Source: Elusimicrobiota bacterium (lineage in GTDB: Bacteria > Elusimicrobiota > Elusimicrobia > UBA1565 > UBA9628). Taken from it: a DNA stretch of 52,493 nt. The notes beneath the pieces were generated by a model. It saw only the letters and a program-made list of their open reading frames with translations, did not search any database and was not told where the DNA came from. Location of the stretch: the NCBI GenBank assembly GCA_027319565.1, contig DAHVNA010000010.1:1-52493 (forward strand), in the 5' to 3' direction. A program made the position numbers and the translations under genes. Positions 16,969 through 27,145 of the stretch are shown here, piece after piece (the stretch's first letter is position 1; the number at the start of each line of letters is the position of its first letter).

Positions 16969-18402
16969 ATGATCGAAGAAACCTTAAGATTTGCCAAATC
17001 CAATGAATCGAAATTTGTCGAAAATTTAAAAAACCTGGTCAAGATTCCGAGCGTCAGTTTTCCGGGATTCGATCCCAAATTCGTCGTGGAATCTTCCGAG
17101 GCGGTGGCGGGGCTTTTGCGAAGTTCTGGCCTTCAAAATGTCGAGATTCTAAGAATCAAGGACGCCCATCCCTACGTCTATGGAGAATGGATGAACGCCC
17201 CGGGAAAACCGACCCTTCTTCTTTATGCCCATCATGACGTTCAGCCGGCGGGGCGGGAAAATCTCTGGAAGTCCCCGCCTTTTGAGGCGCTCGAGCGGGA
17301 AGGAAGGCTTTATGGGCGCGGAACCGCCGACGACAAATGCGGCACGGTCATACACGCGGCGGCGATCTTGTCTTATCTTAAAACCTCGGGAAAACTTCCC
17401 CTCAACGTCAAGATGATCATCGAAGGCGAAGAAGAAATCGGCTCTCCGCATCTTGAGGATTTTTTAAAGACCTATCAGCAAAAGATGCAGGCGGACGTCA
17501 TGATTCTCACCGACACCGGAAATTACGACACCGGAATTCCCTCGATCACCAATTCCCTGCGCGGCATGGCCTCCTTAGACGTCACCGTTAAATCCGCCGA
17601 TCACCCGCTTCATTCCGGAATGTGGGGCGGGCCCTTGGTCGACCCGGTTCAAGCCCTGTCGAAAATGATCGCGTCTTTAACCGATAAAAATGGGAAGATG
17701 ACGATTCCCGGCATTTATTCCCAGGTTCGGAAATTATCGGCGGCGGAAGCCGCGAGCCTGCGCTCGCTGAAATACTCGGAAAAAGATTTCCGCAAGCAGG
17801 CCCAGATTCTCCCAAAGACAAAAATCCTCGGCGGCAAGGACCTTTTACTCTCCTTGTGGCGGCTTCCGTCTTTGTCTGTCAACGCCATTCAAGCCTCTTC
17901 TAAAAAAGACTGCGCCAATATCGTCAATGAATCGGCCTGGTGCCATCTCGGCATTCGCCTGGTCCCGGACATGGACCCTCAAAAGTCTCTTCAAAGCCTC
18001 AAAAAAGCGCTTTTAAAAAGCGCGCCCTGGGGGGTCACGGTCGAATTTTCAAATGAAAACGCAAGCCCCGCCTGGCTTGCCGAGGCCCAAGGCCCGGCTT
18101 TTCAGGCGGCGGCAAGGGCTCTTGAAAAAGGTTTCGGCCGGAAAACCGTTTTCATCGGCTGCGGCGGCTCTATTCCGTTTGTCGGCCCCTTCGCCAAGGT
18201 TTTAGGCGGAGCCCCCGCGATCTTAATTGGCGCTGAAGACCCCTACACCAACCCCCACAGCGAAAACGAAAGCCTTCACTTAGGGGATTTCTTTAAATCC
18301 ATTCAAAGCTCTATTTATCTCTACGAGGAACTCTCTACTCTCCCCGCCAAAAACCCAGAACGCCCCAAAGCCCTTCAAAACCGCGCCCCTGTCGGGGTCT
18401 AA
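16969..18402 (+). CDS. M20-family metallo-dipeptidase (ArgE/DapE-like)
   Basis: YAHHDVQP, GRGTADDK, EGEEEIGS, GGSIPF, HSENE. AGGAG RBS before ATG 16969. Confidence 0.9.
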   Translation: MIEETLRFAKSNESKFVENLKNLVKIPSVSFPGFDPKFVVESSEAVAGLLRSSGLQNVEILRIKDAHPYVYGEWMNAPGKPTLLLYAHHDVQPAGRENLWKSPPFEALEREGRLYGRGTADDKCGTVIHAAAILSYLKTSGKLPLNVKMIIEGEEEIGSPHLEDFLKTYQQKMQADVMILTDTGNYDTGIPSITNSLRGMASLDVTVKSADHPLHSGMWGGPLVDPVQALSKMIASLTDKNGKMTIPGIYSQVRKLSAAEAASLRSLKYSEKDFRKQAQILPKTKILGGKDLLLSLWRLPSLSVNAIQASSKKDCANIVNESAWCHLGIRLVPDMDPQKSLQSLKKALLKSAPWGVTVEFSNENASPAWLAEAQGPAFQAAARALEKGFGRKTVFIGCGGSIPFVGPFAKVLGGAPAILIGAEDPYTNPHSENESLHLGDFFKSIQSSIYLYEELSTLPAKNPERPKALQNRAPVGV

Positions 18403-19097
18403 AGCGGAATTTTTTCTCCGGGCAAGATCCAAACCGGGGTTTCCCCGGGGAGAAAAAGCTTGGCTCGGGACGAGCCGCGCACAATTGCCGTTCCATTTTC
18501 GATAATGACCATCGCGCCCTCTTCGATTCCAATGACGGGATTTTTGTGGACCCGGTGATATTCCCTGATTCGATCGTCTCTAGTTTCGCTAAAAGGCGCC
18601 ATGGCCGGATCGGTCTCTTTATAATGCGGGTTGATGTTAAACGGGACAAGGCCCAAGGCCTCAAATTTGGACAAGCCCACCACATTCCAATCATTCGTCG
18701 TTAAAATCGTCGGGCCCGCGAGATTGCTTCCGGCGCTGGAACCGATATAGGGCGTTCCGCCTTGAACCAGCCGCCGAATCGGGGCCAAGAGACGCGCTTT
18801 TTGAAGCCGCATTAAAAGCGCGTAGGTGTTTCCGCCACCGACATAAATTGAGCGCGCAGAAGACAGCGTTTTAAGAGGATTTTGATTCCATTGAACATGA
18901 ACAGTTTCCAGCCCCAGTTGTTTAAGGACCCCTTGAATGCGGAGAAAATACGCCTTCTCATCGCCTAAATTGGCCGCGCTGACAAAGCCCACCGGAGACC
19001 GGTCTTTGGCGAATTTCGTCAATTCCTCGCGCGCGATTTCTCCCAAGGGCCCGCCGGAATGAAGAAAGACCTTTAATGAATTTGTTTTTTGAGCCAC
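18399..19097 (-). CDS. pepE: Dipeptidase E (peptidase S51)
   Basis: VGGGNTY, YIGSSAGSN, TTND, INPHY, ETRDDRI. Confidence 0.9.
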   Translation of the reverse strand: MAQKTNSLKVFLHSGGPLGEIAREELTKFAKDRSPVGFVSAANLGDEKAYFLRIQGVLKQLGLETVHVQWNQNPLKTLSSARSIYVGGGNTYALLMRLQKARLLAPIRRLVQGGTPYIGSSAGSNLAGPTILTTNDWNVVGLSKFEALGLVPFNINPHYKETDPAMAPFSETRDDRIREYHRVHKNPVIGIEEGAMVIIENGTAIVRGSSRAKLFLPGETPVWILPGEKIPL

Positions 19098-20206
19098 CGA
19101 ATTGCCTCCGGTTTCGATTTAATTTTTCCACGCCATTGAAGGCGGGCGATTTCTTTTAACGCCTCGCCCATCATCGGGCCTGGCTTCATCCCCAGTTTTT
19201 TTAAATCCGATCCGCCGATTTTTACGGGTTTAAGAGCTTGAGGGGGCAATTCCGGAAAAAGAAACTCAAGAATTTCTTTGGAGAGTTTCGGGGGATTTTC
19301 TTTAGGCGAGGATTTTTCTATCGCGATTTTAAGAGCCGAAAGGATATCCCCCGACGCATGGCGGTCTATAGGCAATGATGCGAGAAATTCCTCGGCCTTT
19401 TCTTTCAAGGAAAAGGCCAAAACGCCCAAGCGCTCGTATTCTGTAAGGCCCTCCCAATCGGGCCATGAAAGAGAGGATAATCTCGGGTCAATGAGATCAA
19501 GATAACCCCAATTCCGAAGCTGATTTAAGATTGGATTGGGATTTTGTTCGGAAAGGATCTTCAAAAATTCCGAACCAAGCCGATGACGAGAAAGTTTTTG
19601 GGGATATCCCGCTTTGAGCGCTTCAAAAGAGAGGCGGACAATATCTTCCGAACATTTGAAATCGAGCCTTCCGGCGTATCTCGCGGCGCGAAACACGCGC
19701 GTCGGGTCATCGCGAAAACTCTCGGAATGAAGAATTTGAATTTCCCCCTTCATCATATCGTCAAGCCCATGAAAAGGGTCGATCAAATCCGAGAATTTTT
19801 CGCCCCCAAGACGCAGGGCCATCGCGTTAATCGTAAAATCCCGCCGCTTAAGATCCTCAAGGATGGAAGCGGGAGTTTTGACAAGCGGAAGACAAGCGGG
19901 AGTGGGATATTCTTCTTTTCTTGTCGTCGCAAAATCAATATCCCAGTCCTTACCGCCAACAAGTCTCCAGGTTCCAAACGAATCAAACGGAACGGGCTTG
20001 GCATCAATGAGTTTCGCGCAAAAATGGACCAGGGGCGCGGGATCTCCCTCTACCGTAAAATCGAGATCCCGGGTTGAACGCCCCAAGGCGAAATCCCGAA
20101 CGGCGCCGCCGACCAGATAAAGCAGCGCTCCTCTTTTTTTCGCCTCTTGTGACAACTGAGACAAGAGTTTTTTCGCCTTTGGCGGAATTTTTAATTTTGG
20201 TCTCAT
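19073..20206 (-). CDS. cca: Class II tRNA nucleotidyltransferase (CCA- or A-adding)
   Basis: LVGGAVRD, DLD, DLKRRDFTINAMA, DDPTRVFRAARY. Confidence 0.85.
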   Translation of the reverse strand: MRPKLKIPPKAKKLLSQLSQEAKKRGALLYLVGGAVRDFALGRSTRDLDFTVEGDPAPLVHFCAKLIDAKPVPFDSFGTWRLVGGKDWDIDFATTRKEEYPTPACLPLVKTPASILEDLKRRDFTINAMALRLGGEKFSDLIDPFHGLDDMMKGEIQILHSESFRDDPTRVFRAARYAGRLDFKCSEDIVRLSFEALKAGYPQKLSRHRLGSEFLKILSEQNPNPILNQLRNWGYLDLIDPRLSSLSWPDWEGLTEYERLGVLAFSLKEKAEEFLASLPIDRHASGDILSALKIAIEKSSPKENPPKLSKEILEFLFPELPPQALKPVKIGGSDLKKLGMKPGPMMGEALKEIARLQWRGKIKSKPEAIRWLKKQIH

Positions 20207-23200
20207 TGCGCGATTCTCCGCAAATAATCCTTAAACAAACCCTGATACTTGGGCGGGGCTTTTTGCCCCATTGATTTTTCTATTTCGCGCCGCATCTTTC
20301 TAAGCGGCCGATAATCTTTTGGAGCCGGAAGGGGCACTAGATTCATCCGAGCGCCAGCGCCTTCGCCCAAGGAAGCGCCGCCGAACATGCGCAGGCTTGA
20401 AAGCCCGCCAAAACTGTCCATCAACGAGGCTTGAAAGGATTGCTGAGAGTTAAGCGATTGATCGAGCGAATTGAGGCCTTGGCTGAGCCGGGACAAAGCG
20501 TTTTCTTCTTTTGTTAAAGCGCCCTGGGAGCGGCCCTGGGTCAAATCTTCTTGGGCCGATTTCTCATCAGAAATAGCGGAGGACAAGTTTTCCATCGAGG
20601 ATTCTGGAATTTGAACCGTCACTCCAAGAGTTTTTAACTCCTTTAAAGCGGACTTAGCCGCGTTCTTGGCCTCTTCCTGATTTTGGGCCTCGGCCTGGGA
20701 TTTTTGGGGTTCCGCTAAAATTTCAGGAACGCCCTTTTCCAGCATCTTTCGGATTTTATCTTCTCCGCCGGCGAAATAGTCCCAGGGAAATCGCGGATTA
20801 AATACTTTGGACTGGCGAAGCGAACTTGAAATCCGGATCAGCCGCCCCACTGAATTTCCAGCGCTGCCGCTTTCTAACCGGGACTTAACTTGTTTCATCT
20901 CATTTAAAATAAAGGGAGGAAATTTCTCCCCGTAGGACGCCGCGGAAGACACTAAAACGCCCTGCATCTTGGCCAGCCGCGCTAAAAGCTCTTTTTCTTT
21001 CGAGATTTGATTTTGAATCCGGCCTTTTTCCAACCATTCCGTCTCCTGCTTAACCGAGCGCTCTTTTTGTATAGCCTCAGACAAACTCTGCCGGGCTTTG
21101 GCCATTTCGCGGGCGGCTTTTTCCATTTCGGATGAAAAAACCGAATTTTGAGCCATGGCCGACATCGCGGATTTCATCTCTCCCATTTCCCGCTCCAACT
21201 CCCGCGCGATTTGAGCGGCCTTTTGATAATCTCCCGAAGCCAAAGCCTTCGATAAACGATCCAAGGAATTTTGAGCGTCTTCCAGCGGAAAAGGAATCTG
21301 GGATGAATTTGATTTTCCTTGCGCATGGGGAATCTGCGCCATTTTTTGGGCGAACTTGGCTATCTCTTTTTTCAGAGAAGAAATATCTTTTTGGATTTCC
21401 TCTTCGCGGGATTTGGAAATATTTTTTCCCCGGGACATCCGGTCTAAACGAGATGAGAGGTCCGAAGCTTGATTTTTCATTTGGGAGGCGGAAAGAGCGG
21501 CATCCTCCAAGTCTTCTAGTTTTTCGGCTTGGGCCAAAAACCGGTTGACCTTTTGGGCTGAATCGAGAATTTTTTTGTGTTTTTCCGCCGCTTTTTGGGA
21601 ATTTCCCGCTTGCATATTTTTTCCCGCGCGGGCAAAATCTTCCGAGAATTTTTTCCCCAAGCGCTTTCTAAGCGAAGACAAAGACGACTCAAGCGCGGAG
21701 TTAAGATAAGGATCGCGGCTTAAAGCCTGCCGCAACTGATCCATCTTCTCAAGAGCGTTATCAGCGGCGGCTTTAGAGAGAGCCGCCTGTTTTTGCGCTT
21801 TTAAGGCGTTCTCCTTAAGCGCGGAGAGAACCTTGTTTTCAGAATCGGCGAGTTGAGACAAAGACTTTTGAGTTTCTTTCCAGGCTTTTTTAATTTGGCG
21901 TCTTAAGCGCGTAAAATCAATGACTTTAATCTTAACCGGGGCGGAATAAGAAACATGAGCGGGCGCGGCGTTATCTACAGCCTTAATTCTCAATTCGCTT
22001 AATCCCACGGGAAGCTGGGTAAAATTCAAAGAATAATCGCCGTAAAATTCTTTAGCGTTGTCCAGATTCTCGATAACCCACTCCCGAGGTTTTCCGCCCG
22101 GGGAACTCAAAGACAATGAAATTTGGACAAGACCTCCATCATCTTGCGCCATATATGAAACCGGAAGAGAATCGGACTCAGAGCCTTCCACCGGATATGG
22201 GGGATAGAGAATTTGGACTGTCGGCGGCAAATCCGGGCGAGCTTGAATCCAATATCTTGAACTCCCTTCGTTTTTCTCTCCTTTTTCCGATTCCAAATCA
22301 AATTTTAAAACCATATCTCCCAAAACCAAAAATTTCGCAAGGTAATCGCCGTCGGCCATTCGATTCATATGCGCCGATCGCCGCCTATTTTTAAAAATAA
22401 TCGAAGCTCGCTTTAAGTTTTGATTGGGTTCTCCCCGAATCTCAAGAATATGCCCCGATAAAACATCCATGGTTGAATTCTCAACCCAGGGGTTCCAGTC
22501 GGAATCGACGTTTTTGGTTCTGGCCTCAATGGATAAAAGATGCGGCCGAAGGTTCGGAACGATCGAATAAATCCGGGTCCTCGCCCCGTGAAACTCAAGG
22601 CGGTATTTCAGCGGAGAATGGATATCCGAAAATTTAAGAACTGCATTTTGGGGGCTCTGAGAATCCCACGGAACGCTCTCAAACCCGTGGGGAGTTTCAA
22701 CCTGGATTTTAAGCTTTTGATAATCCCTAAAAACCAGCGAAGATTTTTTCCAGGAAACCTGAATCTCTAGCGATTTTCCCCAATCGACCAGAGCGTCTCC
22801 GGGAGAAATCATCACATCTTTCGATAAATTTTGAAGGCTCCACGGCCACAAAACCCGATTCAAACTCCCGCTATTACGGCTCGCCACAATACCCAACAAC
22901 AGAGAGATAAATAGGCATATAGCCAAAGCGCGAAGTGAGTGTTTAAAAGGGAAAAAAATAGCGGGCGACTCTTTGAGTATTTGCTCGGTTTTTTCCAGAT
23001 GAGCTTTCTCAAGGGCTTGAGAGTGAAAGCGCGGAGTTTGTCCTTTCGAGAGTTCCCAGGCGGATTTAAGATGAAGGGAAAGTTTCGGAAAAAGATTTTC
23101 CGCGTCGGTTAATAGCTCCAAGGTCGAAAAATAAAGGCAGGGAACCCATAAATATTTCCACAACACCCACAACAAAACCAAGCCCCCCGACGCCCAATAG

Positions 23201-23376
23201 ACCTGGCGAACAAGCGCGGGCAAAATCAGCCCATGATCCAACAATAACCCGATGGATAAAAAAAGAAATAGGCCAATAACAAAGGCCGCCCCCGCTTCAA
23301 AAAATATTTCTAAAATTTTTTGAGCTTGTAAGCGGCGAACCGTTTTTTCTAAGAGAGACCCTTGGCTGATGTCCAA
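20203..23376 (-). CDS. Large membrane-anchored coiled-coil protein (DUF4175-like)
   Basis: Three N-terminal TM segments, DLPPTVQI...AQDDGGL Ig-like region, long Gln/Lys/Ser helical tail, P..Y....KDYLRRI C-terminus. Confidence 0.65.
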   Translation of the reverse strand: MDISQGSLLEKTVRRLQAQKILEIFFEAGAAFVIGLFLFLSIGLLLDHGLILPALVRQVYWASGGLVLLWVLWKYLWVPCLYFSTLELLTDAENLFPKLSLHLKSAWELSKGQTPRFHSQALEKAHLEKTEQILKESPAIFFPFKHSLRALAICLFISLLLGIVASRNSGSLNRVLWPWSLQNLSKDVMISPGDALVDWGKSLEIQVSWKKSSLVFRDYQKLKIQVETPHGFESVPWDSQSPQNAVLKFSDIHSPLKYRLEFHGARTRIYSIVPNLRPHLLSIEARTKNVDSDWNPWVENSTMDVLSGHILEIRGEPNQNLKRASIIFKNRRRSAHMNRMADGDYLAKFLVLGDMVLKFDLESEKGEKNEGSSRYWIQARPDLPPTVQILYPPYPVEGSESDSLPVSYMAQDDGGLVQISLSLSSPGGKPREWVIENLDNAKEFYGDYSLNFTQLPVGLSELRIKAVDNAAPAHVSYSAPVKIKVIDFTRLRRQIKKAWKETQKSLSQLADSENKVLSALKENALKAQKQAALSKAAADNALEKMDQLRQALSRDPYLNSALESSLSSLRKRLGKKFSEDFARAGKNMQAGNSQKAAEKHKKILDSAQKVNRFLAQAEKLEDLEDAALSASQMKNQASDLSSRLDRMSRGKNISKSREEEIQKDISSLKKEIAKFAQKMAQIPHAQGKSNSSQIPFPLEDAQNSLDRLSKALASGDYQKAAQIARELEREMGEMKSAMSAMAQNSVFSSEMEKAAREMAKARQSLSEAIQKERSVKQETEWLEKGRIQNQISKEKELLARLAKMQGVLVSSAASYGEKFPPFILNEMKQVKSRLESGSAGNSVGRLIRISSSLRQSKVFNPRFPWDYFAGGEDKIRKMLEKGVPEILAEPQKSQAEAQNQEEAKNAAKSALKELKTLGVTVQIPESSMENLSSAISDEKSAQEDLTQGRSQGALTKEENALSRLSQGLNSLDQSLNSQQSFQASLMDSFGGLSSLRMFGGASLGEGAGARMNLVPLPAPKDYRPLRKMRREIEKSMGQKAPPKYQGLFKDYLRRIAQ

Positions 23377-23404
23377 ATTCTATAAAAAGGCGGGGCGCCG
23401 ATTT

Positions 23405-24571
23405 TTATTCGTGAAGGGCCAGGCTTTCCTTGAGAAGAGGATCGCCCACGGGATAGGGTTTAGCGCGCCTAAAGGCGTTCTCAAAAACTAACACGAAAAG
23501 CGCGATAAAGCCGCCGAAAATGAAGAATTCAGGAAGCCCGTAAACCGGACCCGACTTTTCAAGGGGCGGCATAATTAGGAGATAAAGATCGGTCCAATGC
23601 CCGGTAAAAGAGATCAAAGCGGCCAAGAAAAGAGTCTTCGGGTTTTTCTTTCCCGCAACGCTCAAAAGAATCAAGAAAGGCAAAAGCCAGTTGAGCACCA
23701 CGTTCGGCCAGAAGACATAGCTCCAAGAGCCGATGGAGCGCAAGGTAAAATGGGTGACTTCTTCGGGAATATTTTCATACCAAATAAGCATATACTGGGA
23801 AAACCACAAATAGACCCAGAAAATGCTAAAGGCAAACAACATTTTTCCGATATCATGGTAATGGGCGGTGCCAATATCTTTATAGTAGTCTTTCTTCTGA
23901 AGCCATAAAAGAAGGAGGATGGTCGAGGCAAAGCCGTTGACAAACATTCCCGCGAATACAAACCAAGGATAAAGGGTGCTAAACCATAGCGGCTCAAGAG
24001 ACATAATCCAGTAAATCGCAATCAGGGAATAACTGAGCGCGAAAGTCACTACATAGGCCGCGGCCACGCCGCGATTTTTCAAGGTGCGGGCGATATCTCT
24101 TTCCTCATCTTGCAAGCGAGAATTAGAAATGAGCTTGCGGACAAAAAACATCCAGATGGCAAAAGCCGCTAAAGACACGGAAACAAGGGCTTTCCAGTTG
24201 AGAAAAATGGCTTTGGCCATCACGTTGGGGTTGGCCGCGCCTTGCGGGGTCGTCCAAAAATAAAGGCTTTTAATCCCTGTAAAAAGAGAAATGGTCGCGA
24301 TTGCAATTCCATAAGGAAGGTAGGATGTAATGGCTTCGGGGATTCTCCGAAACGCGACCGCCCAACCAGCCTTGGTCAAATACAGGGCGGAAACAAAAAC
24401 GGCGGCGGAAAGGCTTAAAGACAAGAAATAGAAATTATCGATCAAAATATTGGCCCAAGCCCTTTGAGGCGCCTTATGAAAAGTCCAGCCCAAGGCTAAA
24501 ACGCCGAGCAAAATAAAGGCACGGCAAAGAGTCTTTTCGGCGCTACTCAAAAAACTTTTTGAATTTTCCAT
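23405..24571 (-). CDS. actF: Alternative complex III membrane subunit F
   Basis: About 10 TM helices, AGW...RRIPEA, WIMSLEPLWFST, HDIGK, YLWFSQYMLIWYENIPEE. Confidence 0.88.
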   Translation of the reverse strand: MENSKSFLSSAEKTLCRAFILLGVLALGWTFHKAPQRAWANILIDNFYFLSLSLSAAVFVSALYLTKAGWAVAFRRIPEAITSYLPYGIAIATISLFTGIKSLYFWTTPQGAANPNVMAKAIFLNWKALVSVSLAAFAIWMFFVRKLISNSRLQDEERDIARTLKNRGVAAAYVVTFALSYSLIAIYWIMSLEPLWFSTLYPWFVFAGMFVNGFASTILLLLWLQKKDYYKDIGTAHYHDIGKMLFAFSIFWVYLWFSQYMLIWYENIPEEVTHFTLRSIGSWSYVFWPNVVLNWLLPFLILLSVAGKKNPKTLFLAALISFTGHWTDLYLLIMPPLEKSGPVYGLPEFFIFGGFIALFVLVFENAFRRAKPYPVGDPLLKESLALHE

Positions 24572-24577
24572 GGGAGT

Positions 24578-25252
24578 TTAGAAACTGTCTCCTCCGCCGC
24601 TACCGCTGTTTGAAGACGGAGCTGGGGCTGAAGCTTTTTCTTTGGCTTCTTCGGCATCTTCGGCGGCATCTTTTTGCGCTTGATAATGCGCCAAATCTTT
24701 CACATAGAGAGCCACTTTCCAGCGATCGTCTGGCGATATCTGAGCCGCATAGGACGGCATCGGCGGCTTGCCAAAGGTGATAATGCCGAAAATCTGGCCT
24801 TCGCTTAACTTTTCAGCGGCGGTAGCTGCGGAAAACTGAAAGGGCGGGAAAACCTTGGCCACCGGGCCGTCTCCGGTTCCATATTGGCCGTGGCAGGGAA
24901 AGCAAAAGGTCTCAAACACGAATCTTCCGCGCTGCATCACCGCATAACTTCTCTTAAAGGGATCTTTCATGTTGTCAAAGGCGGTCGGCCCTTTTTTGAG
25001 AGATTCCAAATACCACAAAATCTTCTTATTGTGCGGAACGGTATGGGGGACCGGAGGCTGATCGGTCTGGCCATGGGGTAAAACAGCATTAGGGCTTTGG
25101 GTTTGATCGGCGACCGTGTTTACCATATCTTCAAACGTGAACAGCCGTATATTGGGCTTATTGAAGTTTCGGCGCGCGACGATTAAATATCCCCCACAAA
25201 CACCGGCCAAAAGAGCGGCGGGAATCAAGGATAGCGGACGAATCTTTTTCAT
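24578..25252 (-). CDS. actE: Alternative complex III monoheme cytochrome c
   Basis: Single CFPCH heme motif, G.GDG, MPSYA distal Met, DRW. Confidence 0.85.
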   Translation of the reverse strand: MKKIRPLSLIPAALLAGVCGGYLIVARRNFNKPNIRLFTFEDMVNTVADQTQSPNAVLPHGQTDQPPVPHTVPHNKKILWYLESLKKGPTAFDNMKDPFKRSYAVMQRGRFVFETFCFPCHGQYGTGDGPVAKVFPPFQFSAATAAEKLSEGQIFGIITFGKPPMPSYAAQISPDDRWKVALYVKDLAHYQAQKDAAEDAEEAKEKASAPAPSSNSGSGGGDSF

Positions 25253-25764
25253 GCGTTAATCTCTCTAATTTCGAGAGCCCCTTCTTGGTTCAAAAGTTTG
25301 GAGACTTTATCGGCTTTTTCTTCCGAATCGAGCTCAAAAACGAGGGCGAATTTATCGTTTTCCGTTTGAAGTCCCCAGAAAGGGCTGGTTTTGAACGGAT
25401 GCATTCCCCGGGAAAAAAGAAAACCAAAAAAAGTCGAAACTCCAGCGAAAAGAACTGTCAATTCAAAACAAATGGGAACCATGGCGGGATACGCCGTAAA
25501 AGATTTACCCCCGATATTCATAGGCCAATAAACCGCGTGGACCCAGTATTGAAGAGTAAAAGCCGTCAAAAGCCCGGTGGCTCCGCCGACAAAACAAACT
25601 TTTGGCAAAAAAGAGGGCTTCAAAGCCAATATCTCGTCAATCCCATGGATCGGAAAGGGAGTGTAGGCGTCAAGAGCGGGAAAACCGGACTCCTTGGCCT
25701 TTTGGGCCGCGCGAATCATCTTTTCGTCCGATTCGAAAACGCCGACCAAATTTTTATTAGGCAT
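25249..25764 (-). CDS. actD: Alternative complex III subunit D (DUF3341)
   Basis: [33 protein letters not shown] supports the start at 25764. Confidence 0.88.
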   Translation of the reverse strand: MPNKNLVGVFESDEKMIRAAQKAKESGFPALDAYTPFPIHGIDEILALKPSFLPKVCFVGGATGLLTAFTLQYWVHAVYWPMNIGGKSFTAYPAMVPICFELTVLFAGVSTFFGFLFSRGMHPFKTSPFWGLQTENDKFALVFELDSEEKADKVSKLLNQEGALEIREINA

Positions 25765-27145
25765 GTTGCTTATCTCCATGTTTTTCAGAAGAAAGAACGT
25801 GCTTGATTTCGCTCATCGCGATCATCGGAAGCGACCTTGAAAACAAAAGGAAACAGGTAAAGAAAAGGCCGAAGAGCCCTATAAAGAGGCCCCAGTCGAC
25901 GTAGGTCGGCTTATACATGGTCCAGCTGGAAGTCAAGAAATCGCGGTGAAGGCCAATGACAATGATGTTAAAGCGCTCCAGCCACATTCCGATATTGATG
26001 AAAATCGAAATCACAAAAACCACCGCAGGAGTGCGGCGAATTTTCTTAAACCACAGAAACTGCGGCGTCACCACGTTGCAGAATATCATAGTCCAGTAGC
26101 AGTAGTGATAAGGGCCAACGGCGCTATTGATAAAGAAAAACCGCTCAAAGGTGTTGGCGCTATACCAGCCAATCAAGGCTTCCGTGGCGTAGGCAAGGCC
26201 CACGATCATCGAGGTAAACAGGGTGACCTTGCACATGGCATCAATATGTTTAAGGGTGATGTAGTCTTGAAAACCGAGGAATTCCCTCGACAAGGTCAAC
26301 AAGGTCAACACCATCGCGAAACCGGAAAAAATAGCTCCAGTGACAAAGAACGGCGGGAAAATCGTCGAATGCCACCCAGGGACAAGGGCGCAGGCAAAAT
26401 CCATGCTCACGACCGTATGGACCGACAAAACCAAGGGAGTCGCCAGCCCCGCCAAAAGAAGAGAAGCCTTTTCATGCTGCATCCATGTCCGGGCCGATCC
26501 GCTCCAACCGAGGCTTAAAGTCCTAAATATAAAGCGGCGAATAGCGCCCTTGGCATGGGCGGCCGCGGTGGCTAAATCCGGCAAAAGACCCATGTACCAA
26601 AACAAAAGCGAGATTGTCAGGTAGGTACTGACCGCGAACACATCCCACAAAAGAGGAGAACGAAAATTAACAAACAATGGCCCCATCGTATTGGGATAAT
26701 AAGGGAACAGCCAATAAAGACCTCTCCAAATGCGGCCCATATGGAGAAGCGGATTGAGACCCGCGCACATGACGGCAAAAATAGTCATCGCTTCGGCCGA
26801 GCGGTTAATGGCCGTTCGCCATTTTTGGCGAAACAAAAGAAGAATGGCTGAAATCAGGGTCCCGGCATGACCGATACCGACCCAAAAGACGAAATTGGTG
26901 ATCGCAAAACCCCAAGAAACGGTTTTGTTGAGTCCCCAAGTGCCAACCCCGGTCCAAATAAGATCGGTGACCATGATGACGCCCCACAAAAGAGCCGCGC
27001 CCGATACTGCGAAAGCCAAAAACCACCCCAACGGCGGGCGTTTTTCCATCGGGGCGCAGATATCATCGGTAATTTGCCCATAGGTCTTTCCGCCTTCAAC
27101 AAGGGGCGGACGCAATATCTCGCTAGTCGCCGTCGCGCTGGTCAT
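25757..27145 (-). CDS. actC: Alternative complex III quinol-binding NrfD/PsrC-family subunit
   Basis: [58 protein letters not shown]. Confidence 0.93.
   Translation of the reverse strand: MTSATATSEILRPPLVEGGKTYGQITDDICAPMEKRPPLGWFLAFAVSGAALLWGVIMVTDLIWTGVGTWGLNKTVSWGFAITNFVFWVGIGHAGTLISAILLLFRQKWRTAINRSAEAMTIFAVMCAGLNPLLHMGRIWRGLYWLFPYYPNTMGPLFVNFRSPLLWDVFAVSTYLTISLLFWYMGLLPDLATAAAHAKGAIRRFIFRTLSLGWSGSARTWMQHEKASLLLAGLATPLVLSVHTVVSMDFACALVPGWHSTIFPPFFVTGAIFSGFAMVLTLLTLSREFLGFQDYITLKHIDAMCKVTLFTSMIVGLAYATEALIGWYSANTFERFFFINSAVGPYHYCYWTMIFCNVVTPQFLWFKKIRRTPAVVFVISIFINIGMWLERFNIIVIGLHRDFLTSSWTMYKPTYVDWGLFIGLFGLFFTCFLLFSRSLPMIAMSEIKHVLSSEKHGDKQHA

Noticed and set aside
16969..18402. Calling the M20 peptidase dapE because dapA and dapF are nearby
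   Set aside because: It is not in the dap operon and its motifs fit the general dipeptidase subgroup. Substrate cannot be assigned.
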